Both the position numbers and the translations under genes were made by a program. 64,000 bases of DNA from the NCBI GenBank assembly GCA_963530525.1, contig CAUSEA010000005.1, positions 4,269 to 68,268 on the forward strand. Reading direction: 5' to 3'. The notes under the pieces were generated by a model. The model saw only the letters and a list, made by a program, of their open reading frames with translations. It made no database searches and had not been told where the DNA came from. The stretch is from an uncultured Campylobacter sp. (lineage in GTDB: Bacteria > Campylobacterota > Campylobacteria > Campylobacterales > Campylobacteraceae). Of the stretch, positions 10,234-21,362 are shown piece by piece (within the stretch, counting starts at the first letter, position 1; each line of letters begins with the position of its first letter).

Positions 10234-11048
10234 TCTACGCGGCGGTTTTGGCTTTTGCGGCAGCGACGCTTTTTGCGTGGTTCTGTCTGCGTTTTGCATG
10301 GTGGGCGAAGGACCAACCTTACGAGTATCCGCGCGTGCTGATGTATCATATGATCCGCGAGCATCTGCCGAAGCGTGTCTCTAAATTTAACCGTCTGCGC
10401 GTGACACCCGCCGCGTTTGAAAAACAGCTTGCGTGGCTGAAGCGAAACGGCTTTACGAGCTACACTCTAAGTGAGCTTGCAAGCTTGGATAAAAAGCCTG
10501 CAAAGGCGGTTTGCATTACCTTCGACGATGGGTATCGCGATAATCTCACGGGCGCTCTGCCGATACTTCAAAAATACGGCTTTAAGGCGACGATTTTCAT
10601 CGTGAACCGGCGTTTTGAGGGGAATTGGGCGACCGATAAAGATCTGAAAAAATCAAGCGATGAGCTAAATCGCGAGGAGATGCTAAGCGACGAGGAGGTT
10701 CGCAAGCTTTTACAAAGCGGGCTTATCGAGATCGGCTCGCATACGCTCGATCACGCAAACTTGCCTAGCTTGGATCCGCAAGAGCAGCTGCGCCAGATGA
10801 GCGAATCAAAGCGCGAAATAGAGGCGAAATTTGATATTTCTTGCAGCGCTTTTGCCTATCCGTTCGGCTTTTACGACGAGATTAGCGTGCGCTGCGCGCG
10901 CGAGGCGGGCTTTAGCTGCGCCGTTACGACGCAAAACGACGTGTTGCGCCCGCACTACTCAAACTTTGAAATTCCGCGCATCATGGTTAGCGGCAGGCAG
11001 GGGCTTTTTAGCTTCATTTTGAAGATGAAAAAGGGCAGAAATAGATGA
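10230..11048 (+). CDS. polysaccharide deacetylase (CE4/NodB)
   Basis: VLMYH, ITFDDGY, IGSHTLDH and FAYPFG motifs. Confidence 0.92.
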   Translation: MIYAAVLAFAAATLFAWFCLRFAWWAKDQPYEYPRVLMYHMIREHLPKRVSKFNRLRVTPAAFEKQLAWLKRNGFTSYTLSELASLDKKPAKAVCITFDDGYRDNLTGALPILQKYGFKATIFIVNRRFEGNWATDKDLKKSSDELNREEMLSDEEVRKLLQSGLIEIGSHTLDHANLPSLDPQEQLRQMSESKREIEAKFDISCSAFAYPFGFYDEISVRCAREAGFSCAVTTQNDVLRPHYSNFEIPRIMVSGRQGLFSFILKMKKGRNR

Positions 11049-12277
11049 AAATCGCCTATCTTTGCTGCTCCAGATTTTACGGCGGCGTCGAAAAGATCGT
11101 GATCGACTCGCTAAATGAGCTTTGCAAAAGCGAGCAGGCGGCGCTAATTGTGCCCGATAGATGCGAGTTTTTACAGCGTCTGGATGCGCGCGTGCAAATT
11201 TATGAGTACAAAAGCCGCGACAAGCGCTACAATCCGTTTTTGTTCGTTGAAATTTATCGGTTTTTACGCTCGGGCGGATTTGAAATTTTACATTCGCACG
11301 GCGCCAAAGCCGCACAGATCGGCTTCGTGGTCGAAAAATTTTTAAGCCTTAAGCTTGTCGCGACCAAACACAACGACCGCAAGGCGCCCGTTTTTGATCG
11401 CGTGCGAAACGTCATCGCAGCCTCGCGCAAGGTCGCAACCACGATAAATCACACCGCGAAGGTGATATATTTTGGCATAGAGCCGCGGCAGGAGTTTGCA
11501 AATCATGAAATTCTCGCGCGCTGCAAGGACCCGGAGGGCGCCGCAAATAGGGCGCTTGAGGGGGAAAAAGATGCGCGCGGCGACTCGGCTGGCGGCACGT
11601 TCGCGTCGCAAAACATGGCTGGCGCTGTATTTGCGTCGCAAGATACGCTTAGCGGGGCGCATATGTCGCAGGATAGGGCTTTCGATGCGGACGCATCGCA
11701 AAATAAGACTAGTAGCGTATTCGTATCGCAACAGGGTGCAAGCGCGGCGGCGGAAAATTTTAAATTTAACATCGTCGCGGTCGGCAGGCTCGATAAGATC
11801 AAGGGTTTTGATCTTTTGATCCGCGCCGCAAGCGAGCTGAAATTCGATTTCGAGCTTAAAATTTACGGTCAGGGCGGCGAGAGGCAAAATTTGCAAAATT
11901 TAATCGATTCGCTAAATTTACGGGACCACGTGCGGCTGTGCGGCTTTTGCGACGACGTCGCGGCGGCTCTGAGCGCGTCGCACCTGCACGTGATCAGCTC
12001 GCGCAAGGAGGGCTTTCCGGTGATTTTGATCGAAGGTATTTTTTATTCGCCCGTGCTGATATCTACCCGTGTGGGCGGAATTTCGGAAATTTTAAGCGAG
12101 GAGTTTTTATGCGAGGCGGCGAATTTGAGCGCCAAAATCGATGAAATTTACCGCACTTACGGCAAATACGCACGGGCTTTTGCGCAAAAACACGCCGGTT
12201 TTAAGCAAACTTTGACGCTGCAAAATTATATTAACTCGCTTAAAAATTACTACGAGGAGCTGTTATGCGAAGCCTAA
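11045..12277 (+). CDS. GT4 glycosyltransferase with an internal repeat insertion
   Basis: GGVEK, VGRLDKIKGFD and SRKEGFPVILIE motifs. Confidence 0.88.
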   Translation: MKIAYLCCSRFYGGVEKIVIDSLNELCKSEQAALIVPDRCEFLQRLDARVQIYEYKSRDKRYNPFLFVEIYRFLRSGGFEILHSHGAKAAQIGFVVEKFLSLKLVATKHNDRKAPVFDRVRNVIAASRKVATTINHTAKVIYFGIEPRQEFANHEILARCKDPEGAANRALEGEKDARGDSAGGTFASQNMAGAVFASQDTLSGAHMSQDRAFDADASQNKTSSVFVSQQGASAAAENFKFNIVAVGRLDKIKGFDLLIRAASELKFDFELKIYGQGGERQNLQNLIDSLNLRDHVRLCGFCDDVAAALSASHLHVISSRKEGFPVILIEGIFYSPVLISTRVGGISEILSEEFLCEAANLSAKIDEIYRTYGKYARAFAQKHAGFKQTLTLQNYINSLKNYYEELLCEA

Positions 12278-13431
12278 AGATCGTGCATTGCGGCATTTTC
12301 AACGAATACGACGACGGCAGTTTTTTCTATGGCATGGAGCGTAAGATCAGCCACGGGCTCATCCGCGGCGGGCACTTCGTCTATGATTTCAGCTACCGCG
12401 ATTGGGAGCGGAGCCTACGCTTTTGCGGGCTGAAAAACAGCGGGCTAGAGAAAATGAACGCCAAACTCGTGCGTATCTGCGAAAACATCGGCGCCGATCT
12501 GCTTTTAATCGGCAAAGGCGAAAAGATCGGTCTTAGCACGCTGCGAGCAATAAAATCGGCGCTTCCTAAGATTAAAATCGCGATCTGGTACGTCGATCAT
12601 CTTCAAGAAAAACGGGAATTTTTCGAAAAATTAAGCTTCATCGACGTGTTTTTTTGGGCGAATGCACTGAAGCTGCGCGATCTTTCGGCGAGATACGGCG
12701 CGAAATTCACCTTTTTCCCAAACATCTCCGATGCGGCATTTGATAGATGCCTAGACGCCGCTAAAACGACCGATGTGATCTACATAGCGCGCGATTATCA
12801 AGAGGACGTGAGGTATAAATTTGCGCTTTTGTTGCGCGATTTTTGCGAAAAAGAAGGGCTTAGGCTTAAAATTTTTGCGAGCCTCGGCGCGCCTGCCGTA
12901 TTCGGCGATAAATTTCATCGCGAGATCGCGGCTGCGAAGATTGCGATAAATTTTAATCGCGACGACGAGCTTGAGTGCGCGCACGCTCATAAATTGCTCG
13001 GCGCGAGCGACCGCATGGCGCAGTTTTTGGGCTGTGGCGTCTGCACTTTTAGCCCCAAGATCGCGGGGTTTGAGCGGCTTTACGAGGACGGCTCGGAGAT
13101 AGTTTATTTTGACAGTCCTGCGGATTGCTTTTCAAAGATCAAATGCCTTCTTTCTAGCGGCGAATACGCGCGCATCGCGCGGCGCGGCAGAGCCAAGACG
13201 CTAAGGATCGCAAACGCCGCCCGAGTGGCAAAATTTATGCTTGAGACGATCTTTGAAGAGAGCTTTGGCGCAGATGCCTGCGGTGAAATTTCTGATGAAA
13301 AATGCAGCGAGAGCGGCGGCGAACGTCGCGGCGCACTAAGCGGAAAAGATAAAAACGAGCGGAGCGATTTTTACAGCGAGTCTTACGAATGGCGCGAGTT
13401 CGTCTATAAAAACGGAGAGAAATTCAGATGA
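12265..13431 (+). CDS. glycosyltransferase (CgeB/Glyco_trans_1_2-like)
   Basis: KIAINF...SDRMAQFLGCG...EIVYF...IARRGR pattern; lies in the LOS cluster. Confidence 0.75.
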   Translation: MRSLKIVHCGIFNEYDDGSFFYGMERKISHGLIRGGHFVYDFSYRDWERSLRFCGLKNSGLEKMNAKLVRICENIGADLLLIGKGEKIGLSTLRAIKSALPKIKIAIWYVDHLQEKREFFEKLSFIDVFFWANALKLRDLSARYGAKFTFFPNISDAAFDRCLDAAKTTDVIYIARDYQEDVRYKFALLLRDFCEKEGLRLKIFASLGAPAVFGDKFHREIAAAKIAINFNRDDELECAHAHKLLGASDRMAQFLGCGVCTFSPKIAGFERLYEDGSEIVYFDSPADCFSKIKCLLSSGEYARIARRGRAKTLRIANAARVAKFMLETIFEESFGADACGEISDEKCSESGGERRGALSGKDKNERSDFYSESYEWREFVYKNGEKFR

Positions 13432-14219
13432 TTTATTTTGTAGCCTTTCTGATCTTTGCTGCTGCGGTGGGCATTTCGCTGCGTTATAACTGGTGGCGGA
13501 TCCCGCAGGGCTGGCATAAGGCGCGGGTGCTGATGTATCATAGCGTAGAGGAGCACAAGGGCGATAAATTCGACAAATGGCGGCTAAGACCCGCGGATTT
13601 TGAGAGGCAGATCGCGTGGCTTGCAAAAAACGGCTTTAAAAGCTTTAAGCTTAGCGAGCTTATCGCGCTAGAGCGGCTGCCTAAAAAGGCGGTTTGCATC
13701 ACATTCGACGACGGGTTTGAAAATAATTTTACCAGCGCATTTGAAATTTTGAAAAAATACGATTTTAAAGCGAGCATATTTTTGGTGCCGGACGCCGTGC
13801 AAAACGACTGGGAGCGCGCCAACACCGCTCATCTTGCGCGAATGTTAAGCGAGGAGCAAATTTTAAAAATGCAAGCAAGCGGGCTAGTGGAGTTCGGTGC
13901 GCATACGATGCACCACGTAAATTTAGACCTTACCTACGCGAGCGATCCGAAGCTCGCCGCAGACGAGATAATCGCGTCCAAGGCTCGTGTAGCAGGTATT
14001 TGCGCTCAGCCGTGCGAGGTGTTTGCCTATCCCTACGGTAAATTTAACGACGAAATTTTAAATATCGCCAGATCAAATTTTAAAGGCGCGGTGGTCGTCA
14101 AGCGCGGGCTTTACGAAGCGGGCGACGACAAATACGCCGTAAAGCGTATCGGCATTTTGGGCACGGAGGGGTTTTTTGATTTTTGGCTTAAATTTACGAG
14201 GATAAGGAACAAACTATGA
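13428..14219 (+). CDS. polysaccharide deacetylase (second paralog)
   Basis: VLMYH, ITFDDGF, FGAHTMHH and FAYPYG motifs. Confidence 0.92.
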   Translation: MIYFVAFLIFAAAVGISLRYNWWRIPQGWHKARVLMYHSVEEHKGDKFDKWRLRPADFERQIAWLAKNGFKSFKLSELIALERLPKKAVCITFDDGFENNFTSAFEILKKYDFKASIFLVPDAVQNDWERANTAHLARMLSEEQILKMQASGLVEFGAHTMHHVNLDLTYASDPKLAADEIIASKARVAGICAQPCEVFAYPYGKFNDEILNIARSNFKGAVVVKRGLYEAGDDKYAVKRIGILGTEGFFDFWLKFTRIRNKL

Positions 14220-14971
14220 TTAAAGCATCCGTTTATGCGATAGTGATGAATGAGGAGCGCCACATCGAGCGTATGCTGCGTAGCGTGGCGGATTTTGCCG
14301 AGATCATAATCGTCGATAGCGGCAGCACCGATGCCACGCTACAAATCGCGCGTAAATTTACCGATAAAATTTACCACCACGACTGGCAGGGCGAGGGGGT
14401 ACAGAAAAACTACGCGTTTTCGCTATGTAGCAACGAATGGGTGCTAAATCTCGACGGCGACGAGGAGGTAAGTCCTGAGCTAAAGGGCGAGATAGAGGAG
14501 TTTATGGACCAGAGCGATTACTCGGCGCTGGATATTAAATTTCATGAATACTCGCTGGGGCGCAAATGCTCCGATCTCGTGCGCAAAAACACCCATATCC
14601 GCTTCTTTCGTAAGGAGTGCGGCGAGTATAAAAATATGGGGGTGCACGCGCAAATTTCGATCGTAAAGGGTGCGGTGAAAAAGAGCAAATTTTGCATTAA
14701 TCACTTTAGCGAAAAGCCGATCGCCGAGCTCGTTATGAAAAACAACAACTACTCCACGCTGCGCGCGCAGGGGGATTTTGAAAAGGGCAAGAAGCCCAGT
14801 CTTGCGAAGCTTTTGCTAATCTATCCGTTTGCGTTTTTTAAATCATACATTTTGCGCAGATCGCTTTTTGACGGGCGCAAGGGATTTATCACGGCAAACA
14901 TTAACGCATTTTACGCGTTTTTAAAAGAGGCGAAGCTTTGCGAGAAGTATCTTAAAAAGGGCAAAGATTAA
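14216..14971 (+). CDS. GT2 glycosyltransferase (WaaE/KdtX-like)
   Basis: NEERHI, VDSGSTD and WVLNLDGDE motifs. Confidence 0.9.
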   Translation: MIKASVYAIVMNEERHIERMLRSVADFAEIIIVDSGSTDATLQIARKFTDKIYHHDWQGEGVQKNYAFSLCSNEWVLNLDGDEEVSPELKGEIEEFMDQSDYSALDIKFHEYSLGRKCSDLVRKNTHIRFFRKECGEYKNMGVHAQISIVKGAVKKSKFCINHFSEKPIAELVMKNNNYSTLRAQGDFEKGKKPSLAKLLLIYPFAFFKSYILRRSLFDGRKGFITANINAFYAFLKEAKLCEKYLKKGKD

Positions 14972-15035
14972 TCGAAATGATAGAAAATTTTAGCTATCAT
15001 TGGGATCTAAATTTAACGGCGAAAAGGGCGAAAAA

Positions 15036-17231
15036 ATGGACAAAAAAGTAGTAGCGGCACATAAAATTTCAGACGAAGAATATGAAAAAATTTTAAAAAT
15101 TTTAGGTCGCGAGCCGAATCTGCTCGAGCTTGGGATTTTTAGCGCGATGTGGAGCGAGCACTGCAGCTACAAATCGAGCAAAAAATACTTAAGCGGTTTC
15201 CCGACCAAGGCGCCTTGGGTTATCCAGGGCCCGGGCGAAAATGCAGGCGTCATCGACATCGGCGGCGGTATGGCTGCGGTTTTTAAGATGGAAAGCCACA
15301 ACCACCCTAGCTTCATAGAGCCTTTTCAGGGGGCTGCGACCGGCGTGGGCGGGATACTGCGCGATATCTTTACGATGGGCGCGCGCGTCGAGGCCAATAT
15401 GAACTCGCTTCGTTTCGGTGAGGTGCGAGGAAGAAGCGAAAACGCCAGGAAGCAGCGATATCTGCTAAAAGGCGCGGTCGCGGGCATCGCTCACTACGGC
15501 AATTGCATGGGGATCCCTACGATCGGCGGCGAGACGAGCTTCGATAAGAGCTTTGACGGCAATATTTTGGTTAATGCCTTTGCTTTGGGTATCGTTAAAA
15601 AGGATGAAATTTTCTACGGCAGGGCCGAAGGCGTGGGCAACAGCGTAATCTACGTGGGCTCTAAGACGGGTCGCGACGGGCTCGGAGGAGCCGTGATGGC
15701 GAGCGATAGCTTTAACGACGCGAACAAATCCCTGCGCCCGACCGTGCAGGTGGGCGATCCGTTCGCCGAAAAGCTGCTGATGGAGGCGTGCTTGGAGCTT
15801 TTTAAGACCGACTACGTCGTGGGTATCCAGGATATGGGCGCGGCGGGGCTTACTTCAAGCAGCTTTGAGATGGCGGGGCGCAGCGGCAGCGGCATGAGGT
15901 TAAATTTGGATCGCGTACCGATGCGCGAAGAGGGGATGAGCCCGTATGAGCTGATGCTAAGCGAGAGCCAGGAGCGCATGCTGATCTGCGCCAAAAAGGG
16001 CTGCGAGGAGAAAATCAAAGAAATTTTTGCCAAATGGGATCTCGATGCCGCCGTCATCGGCGAGGTGACGGATAGCGGCAAGATGGAGCTTTTTTGGCAC
16101 GGCGAGCTGGCGGGCGTTATCCCGATCGAGCCGCTTAGCGAGGCGGCGCCCGTGCTGGATCGCCCGATAAAAGAGCCTGCATATATGGCGCAGATCGCGC
16201 GGCAAAATTTATGCGGCTGCGGCGCGAGCGAGCGCGAGCTAGACGCGGCGTTTGATAAAATTTTTGAGGACCCCGAAGTGCTAAATAAATCCTACATCTA
16301 CGATCAATACGACGCCAACGTAGGGTTAAATTCCGCCAAGCGTCCAGGCATGCTGGGTGCTGCGGTGATGCGAGTTAAGCAAAACGGCGTAAAACTCGCG
16401 ATGGCTGCGGACTGTAACACGCGGATGAATTACGTCCATCCTCGCATAGGCGCGGCGCTAGCGGTAGCGTCAGCGGGACGAAAAATCGCTATGAGCGGCG
16501 CGACGCCTCTAGCCATCACCGATTGCCTAAACTACGGCAATCCGCAAAATCCCGAGGTTATGTGGCAGTTCGCGCAGGGCTGCGAGGGGATCAAGCAGGC
16601 TTGCGCAGCGCTAAATACTCCCGTTGTAAGCGGCAACGTAAGCCTATATAACGAAACGGGCGGCGTTAGTATCCAGCCCGCTCCCGCGATCGTGTGCGTG
16701 GGCACAAACGAGGGCGAGATCATCCCTAGCGATTTTTGCGCTAGCGGCGTGAGCGTCTATCTGGCGGGTGACACAAAGGGCGTTTTTGCGGGATCGCTTT
16801 ATATGAAAGCGGTGGAAAATCGCGTCGCAGGCAGCCTGCCTGAGTTAAATTTAAAAGCTGAGCGCGCTCTGTGGGACTTCGCGATCGAGGCGGGCAGGAG
16901 CGGAGTTTTGGAATTTGCAAACTCCGTAGGCATCGGCGGCGTGGCGATCACGCTAGCTAAAATGGCGTGCGTAGGCGGCGTAGGCGGCGAGTTTGAGATG
17001 AGCTGCGACGATAGCAGAGATATTTTCGACGAGAGCTTTTCGCGCGCGATTTTCGGCGTACGCGACGAGGCTAAATTTAAAGAGCTGGCCGCAAAATACG
17101 GGCTAAGCTTAATGCGCCTAGGCATCAGCGGCGGTGAAGCGTTTCGCATAAATTCCGTCCGTAAAAATCTAAACGCGCTAAAAGAAATTTACTTCGGCGA
17201 GTTTGCCAAGATCGTAAAGAGCGAAGACTAG
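15036..17231 (+). CDS. purL: phosphoribosylformylglycinamidine synthase subunit PurL
   Basis: [26 protein letters not shown] and LSESQERM motifs. Confidence 0.98.
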   Translation: MDKKVVAAHKISDEEYEKILKILGREPNLLELGIFSAMWSEHCSYKSSKKYLSGFPTKAPWVIQGPGENAGVIDIGGGMAAVFKMESHNHPSFIEPFQGAATGVGGILRDIFTMGARVEANMNSLRFGEVRGRSENARKQRYLLKGAVAGIAHYGNCMGIPTIGGETSFDKSFDGNILVNAFALGIVKKDEIFYGRAEGVGNSVIYVGSKTGRDGLGGAVMASDSFNDANKSLRPTVQVGDPFAEKLLMEACLELFKTDYVVGIQDMGAAGLTSSSFEMAGRSGSGMRLNLDRVPMREEGMSPYELMLSESQERMLICAKKGCEEKIKEIFAKWDLDAAVIGEVTDSGKMELFWHGELAGVIPIEPLSEAAPVLDRPIKEPAYMAQIARQNLCGCGASERELDAAFDKIFEDPEVLNKSYIYDQYDANVGLNSAKRPGMLGAAVMRVKQNGVKLAMAADCNTRMNYVHPRIGAALAVASAGRKIAMSGATPLAITDCLNYGNPQNPEVMWQFAQGCEGIKQACAALNTPVVSGNVSLYNETGGVSIQPAPAIVCVGTNEGEIIPSDFCASGVSVYLAGDTKGVFAGSLYMKAVENRVAGSLPELNLKAERALWDFAIEAGRSGVLEFANSVGIGGVAITLAKMACVGGVGGEFEMSCDDSRDIFDESFSRAIFGVRDEAKFKELAAKYGLSLMRLGISGGEAFRINSVRKNLNALKEIYFGEFAKIVKSED

Positions 17232-17234
17232 CGC

Positions 17235-18227
17235 GTGCTCGGCATTGTATTTCTTTTAATCGCGCTTTATATTTTTGCTCAGATCGGCGGAGTTTTCGGT
17301 AACTCCGGCTATCGCGGCAAGGCGCGAATGCAGCTAGGAGAGGCTAAAATTTTAGTAGCGCTTCTAGCCAAGGTCGCCAAAAGCGACGGGCACGTAAGCG
17401 AGTCCGAAGCCGCGATGATAAGCGAAATTTTAGACGATTTGGTGCGCCAAATGGGCGCCGGCGAGCGCGAGCGAGAGGCGCTGAAACTCGTTTATAAGCT
17501 CGAGAAAGAAAGCCTTGCAAACGTGCGCGAGCTCGCCGAGAAGTATAACCAAACCTACCGCCCGAGCCCGAGCCGCAAAACGGGGCTAATCTATTTCTTT
17601 TTAAATTTAGCCTACGTCGATCGCGGTTTTAGCGCGGCGGAGCGGCGCACGATCTCGCAGATTTGCGACGGATTGGGCTTGCCCGAGCATATCCAAAGTC
17701 AGATGTTTGCGACCTTTGAGCGCAGCTTTTACGGCACATATTACGAAAACGGCGGTGCGCAAAGCGATACGGCTTACGACGAATACGACGGCTATAGCAC
17801 AAGAAGCGGCGGATATTGGGACAAATACGGCGGCAGAAGCACCGGCGGTTACGGCAGCAGCAGTTACGGCGGCGGCACGGGCTACGGCTATGGCGGCTCG
17901 GCCGGTTCGAGCTACGGAGGCTCGCAAAGTTCGGGCGGTTCATACGGCGGCGGATATTTTGGTGGGTATGGTAGCGGCTATTCGGGCGGCTCGCAAGGCT
18001 ACGGATCGACCAAAAGCAAAAGGGATCCGTATGAAATTTTGGGGCTTTCTAAGGACGCTACGTTTAACGAGATCAAGAAAAAATATCGCGAGCTCGTGAA
18101 AAAATACCATCCCGACATCCTGATGGGCAAGGGCGCGGACGAGGAGATCATCCAGGAGGGCACGAAGAAGCTTCAGGAGATCAACGAGGCGTATAAAATT
18201 TTAAAGGAGCGCTTCGGCGAGAAGTAG
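17235..18227 (+). CDS. DjlA-like co-chaperone (TM, TerB domain, Gly/Tyr/Ser linker, J domain)
   Basis: AKVAKSDG TerB-like region; C-terminal DPYEILG...KYHPD J domain. Confidence 0.88.
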   Translation: MLGIVFLLIALYIFAQIGGVFGNSGYRGKARMQLGEAKILVALLAKVAKSDGHVSESEAAMISEILDDLVRQMGAGEREREALKLVYKLEKESLANVRELAEKYNQTYRPSPSRKTGLIYFFLNLAYVDRGFSAAERRTISQICDGLGLPEHIQSQMFATFERSFYGTYYENGGAQSDTAYDEYDGYSTRSGGYWDKYGGRSTGGYGSSSYGGGTGYGYGGSAGSSYGGSQSSGGSYGGGYFGGYGSGYSGGSQGYGSTKSKRDPYEILGLSKDATFNEIKKKYRELVKKYHPDILMGKGADEEIIQEGTKKLQEINEAYKILKERFGEK

Positions 18228-18334
18228 GGCGAGCAAATTTTAAAATTTGAGGGCGCAAAACGCCTTGAAATTTTAAGGTGGATCGCGATACGGTGATAAG
18301 GTGCAGCGAAGGATTAGAATTTAAGGAGCGATGA

Positions 18335-18976
18335 ATGAAAAATTTTATAGTTTTTGCTGTTTTGGCGGCACTACTTGGAGGATGCGCGGGCAAAAAAGAT
18401 CAAAACGGAATTGCCGACTCGGAAGATATCGTAATGTTAAGCTTTGACAAAAATATTTCCACCAGATACCGAGCCCATAACGGAAAACTCTATAAAAATG
18501 GCAAAGTGTTAGGCAAATATCTTACGGTACCGGGACTTAGTACGCACATTTATACTGATGAAATGGGAAATGGTTATATAGATCCTAGCGCGATAAAGGA
18601 ACATAATTCTAAAAAAATTACGGAGATAATATTCGTTCCGAACGAATTTCTTAAAGTAATCTCTTTTAGCCATAATAACGGCGTTTGTAAAGCATTGTCC
18701 GCAGGAAAATATGTACATATAAAGGAGTATATCACTATATATTCACGAGGTGAGCCGATCGTGGCATATAGTTATGATGTTTTGATGTCAAGAAAAGGAA
18801 TGGGGAAAATTTCATCCAGGTATGATTTCGTTAATGAAAAGTTATCTTATGTGGATAAAAAAATTTTAGAAAAACTAAATTCGACAGTAGCAGATCATGT
18901 GAAAAAATCCGTCGTGCTTAGCGGTGCTACGCTTCTTGGTCTGCTTTGCAGAGAAAAGTCTAAAAGGTTGGATTAA
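18335..18976 (+). CDS. lipoprotein, paralog 1
   Basis: Lipobox LLGGC; AAGGAG RBS. Confidence 0.75.
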   Translation: MKNFIVFAVLAALLGGCAGKKDQNGIADSEDIVMLSFDKNISTRYRAHNGKLYKNGKVLGKYLTVPGLSTHIYTDEMGNGYIDPSAIKEHNSKKITEIIFVPNEFLKVISFSHNNGVCKALSAGKYVHIKEYITIYSRGEPIVAYSYDVLMSRKGMGKISSRYDFVNEKLSYVDKKILEKLNSTVADHVKKSVVLSGATLLGLLCREKSKRLD

Positions 18977-18992
18977 ATTTGAGGAGTGATAA

Positions 18993-19604
18993 ATGAAAAA
19001 TTTTATAATTTTTGCCGTTTTGGCGGCACTACTTGGAGGATGCGGGATATTGCGCCCGGCCAAGAGCGATAAGGAGTTTAAATTTTACGACGGCAACAAA
19101 ACCGTGATCTATAAATTTGCGGGCGAGGATCTGTATGAAAACGGCAAAAATTTAGGCGTGTATTCTATAGATAGAAACGAGTTTAGGATGCTTGTGCTTG
19201 ATGAAGCGGGCAAGTCTTACGGCAATAACTATAAGTCCGCACTGAATGCCAAGCGGATGAAATTTTATCTTTTTAACGACGAAAGGGCAATGGTATTTAG
19301 CATTTGGCACAAAGATGGGATTTGCAGCGTCTATAATGCAGGCAGATACGTAAATTTCGACTATACTTCAAATATGTTCAAAGATGGCGATTGGCTTTAT
19401 GCGGACGGCAAAATTTCAAAAAGCGAGAGCTCGGTGCAAAATATGAGCTCGAAAGGACTAAGCGCATATAAAAATATGAATTTTGAAAAAGCGGTCGATC
19501 GCAAAGATACGAAATATATTGCGGAGGAGTTGGCTGTGGCTGGATTTTTCAAAAAGGCGACCGAGGGTCTTAAAACCATGATCTTAGACGATTTTTGCAG
19601 ATAA
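18993..19604 (+). CDS. lipoprotein, paralog 2
   Basis: Lipobox LLGGC; 5' DNA nearly identical to paralog 1. Confidence 0.75.
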   Translation: MKNFIIFAVLAALLGGCGILRPAKSDKEFKFYDGNKTVIYKFAGEDLYENGKNLGVYSIDRNEFRMLVLDEAGKSYGNNYKSALNAKRMKFYLFNDERAMVFSIWHKDGICSVYNAGRYVNFDYTSNMFKDGDWLYADGKISKSESSVQNMSSKGLSAYKNMNFEKAVDRKDTKYIAEELAVAGFFKKATEGLKTMILDDFCR

Positions 19605-19618
19605 ACTTCGAGGGAGTT

Positions 19619-20242
19619 ATGGATAAAATTAAAATTTTAGCGCTGCTTGCGGCGGTCGCGCTGCTCGCAGGCTGTATGAAGGTAAAGTATTCGCAAACCG
19701 AGCTGCATCCGGAAAATTCCGTGATGATGAGCTACGACGGGCAGACCGTTACTGAATATAAAATTTCAGGCGGCGTGCTTTTTAAAGATGACGCGATCTT
19801 AGGAAAATACGAAGAGGCGGGCTCCAATCTCTATCTATTTACGGACGAAAGAGGGATGAACGTGGCTATGGATCAAATTTTGCAAAGAGCTCTAAATAAA
19901 TTTACGATCTACGTTTTTACACCCAATAAAGAGCTGCGAATCGCCGAGTATTCCGCGAGTGGCGGCGTTTGCAAGGCCTTTGCGGAGGGCAAATTCGTAA
20001 GCCTAAAAGAGCACTTTAGCGGCTACGCTTCCTCCGCACCGCTTTATTCATACTCGTTTTCGGCTTCGGTGTCGCAAAGCTCCAGCGCAAACGTGATCTC
20101 ACGCTATGAATACGTGGGCTCAAGACTAAAAAATAGTAGGGCATTTTTGCAAAGCCCGCATACGGCTCTAGGCAATACGGTTAAAGAGAGCATCGAGTGG
20201 CACCAAGACAAATTGCGCGATATTTGTAAGTTAAAATTTTAA
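19619..20242 (+). CDS. lipoprotein, paralog 3
   Basis: Lipobox LLAGC; shared GVC...G.FV motif. Confidence 0.75.
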   Translation: MDKIKILALLAAVALLAGCMKVKYSQTELHPENSVMMSYDGQTVTEYKISGGVLFKDDAILGKYEEAGSNLYLFTDERGMNVAMDQILQRALNKFTIYVFTPNKELRIAEYSASGGVCKAFAEGKFVSLKEHFSGYASSAPLYSYSFSASVSQSSSANVISRYEYVGSRLKNSRAFLQSPHTALGNTVKESIEWHQDKLRDICKLKF

Positions 20243-20268
20243 AACCAAACCAACACGAAAGGAAAAAC

Positions 20269-21300
20269 ATGGGATTTTTATCCAAAGACGAAGAGCCGCA
20301 GAAGCAGGGCGCTAAAAAGGCGGCGAAGCAACCGCCAATCTTGATGAAGCAAACGCAAGAGGTGATCACCAATATCGAGAAATATCTGGGCGCGCCGCTG
20401 CTTACCTACTTCAATTCGGGCGCGGGCAGCGTCTGCGGCAACGACGCAATCAGTATCAACGACCATCTTAAAGGCAAGCATTTCGAAAAGCTCTACCTTT
20501 ACATCAAATCTGACGGCGGCAGCGGCATCGCATCGCTCAAGATCGTCTCTATCCTGCGTAACCACTGCGACGAGCTGATCGCGCTGGTGCCGGCAAATTG
20601 CGCTTCGGCGGCTACGATGATGGCGCTTGGGGCGAATAAAATTTTAATGGGGCCGCTAGGCTATCTCACGTCGGTCGATACCTCGCTGCGCCACGAGCTT
20701 TCGCCGGTTACGAACACCAACGATCAAGCCAACGTTTCGATGGACGAGCTAAGTCGCGTGGTGAAGCTTTGGAAAAATAACGAGCGCCCGAACGATGAGA
20801 ACCCGTACAAGGAGCTTTATAAATATATCCATCCGCTCGTTTTCGGCGCCGTCGATCGCGCAAGCAGTCTATCGCTTAAAATTTGCCGCGAAATTCTGCG
20901 CTATCATTTCGAAGATGAGCAAAAGATCGCCTTTATCAGCGACAAGCTAAACAGCGGCTATCCGTCGCACGATTATCCGATCTTATTCAGAGAGGCTAAC
21001 GAGCTTGGGCTTCAGGTCGAGAAGATGGATACGCGCCTAAGCGAGATGCTTCAAATTTTAAACGAGCTCTACGCCGAGATGGGGCAGCGCACCTTCACCG
21101 ACTTCGACGAGAACAACTACCACGACAACAACATCGCCAATATCATCGAAATTTCGGGATGTCAGATCTACTATCAGATCGACAAGGATTGGTTTTATCG
21201 CGAGGAGGAGAAGCGCTGGATCGTGCTAAACGACGAGAGCTCGTGGCGCAAAAACGAGATCGACGGCAAAAATATCAAAAACAGCATCTATTATATCTAG
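20269..21300 (+). CDS. SDH-family Clp-fold serine protease
   Basis: SDGG...ALVP..CASAATMMALGANKILMG...VD...HDYPI pattern. Confidence 0.8.
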   Translation: MGFLSKDEEPQKQGAKKAAKQPPILMKQTQEVITNIEKYLGAPLLTYFNSGAGSVCGNDAISINDHLKGKHFEKLYLYIKSDGGSGIASLKIVSILRNHCDELIALVPANCASAATMMALGANKILMGPLGYLTSVDTSLRHELSPVTNTNDQANVSMDELSRVVKLWKNNERPNDENPYKELYKYIHPLVFGAVDRASSLSLKICREILRYHFEDEQKIAFISDKLNSGYPSHDYPILFREANELGLQVEKMDTRLSEMLQILNELYAEMGQRTFTDFDENNYHDNNIANIIEISGCQIYYQIDKDWFYREEEKRWIVLNDESSWRKNEIDGKNIKNSIYYI

Positions 21301-21362
21301 TGCTGTTTGGATTTCGCGTCGCTTTAAATTTGCGGCTTGTAAAAATTTAAAGCGGCGCGTAA

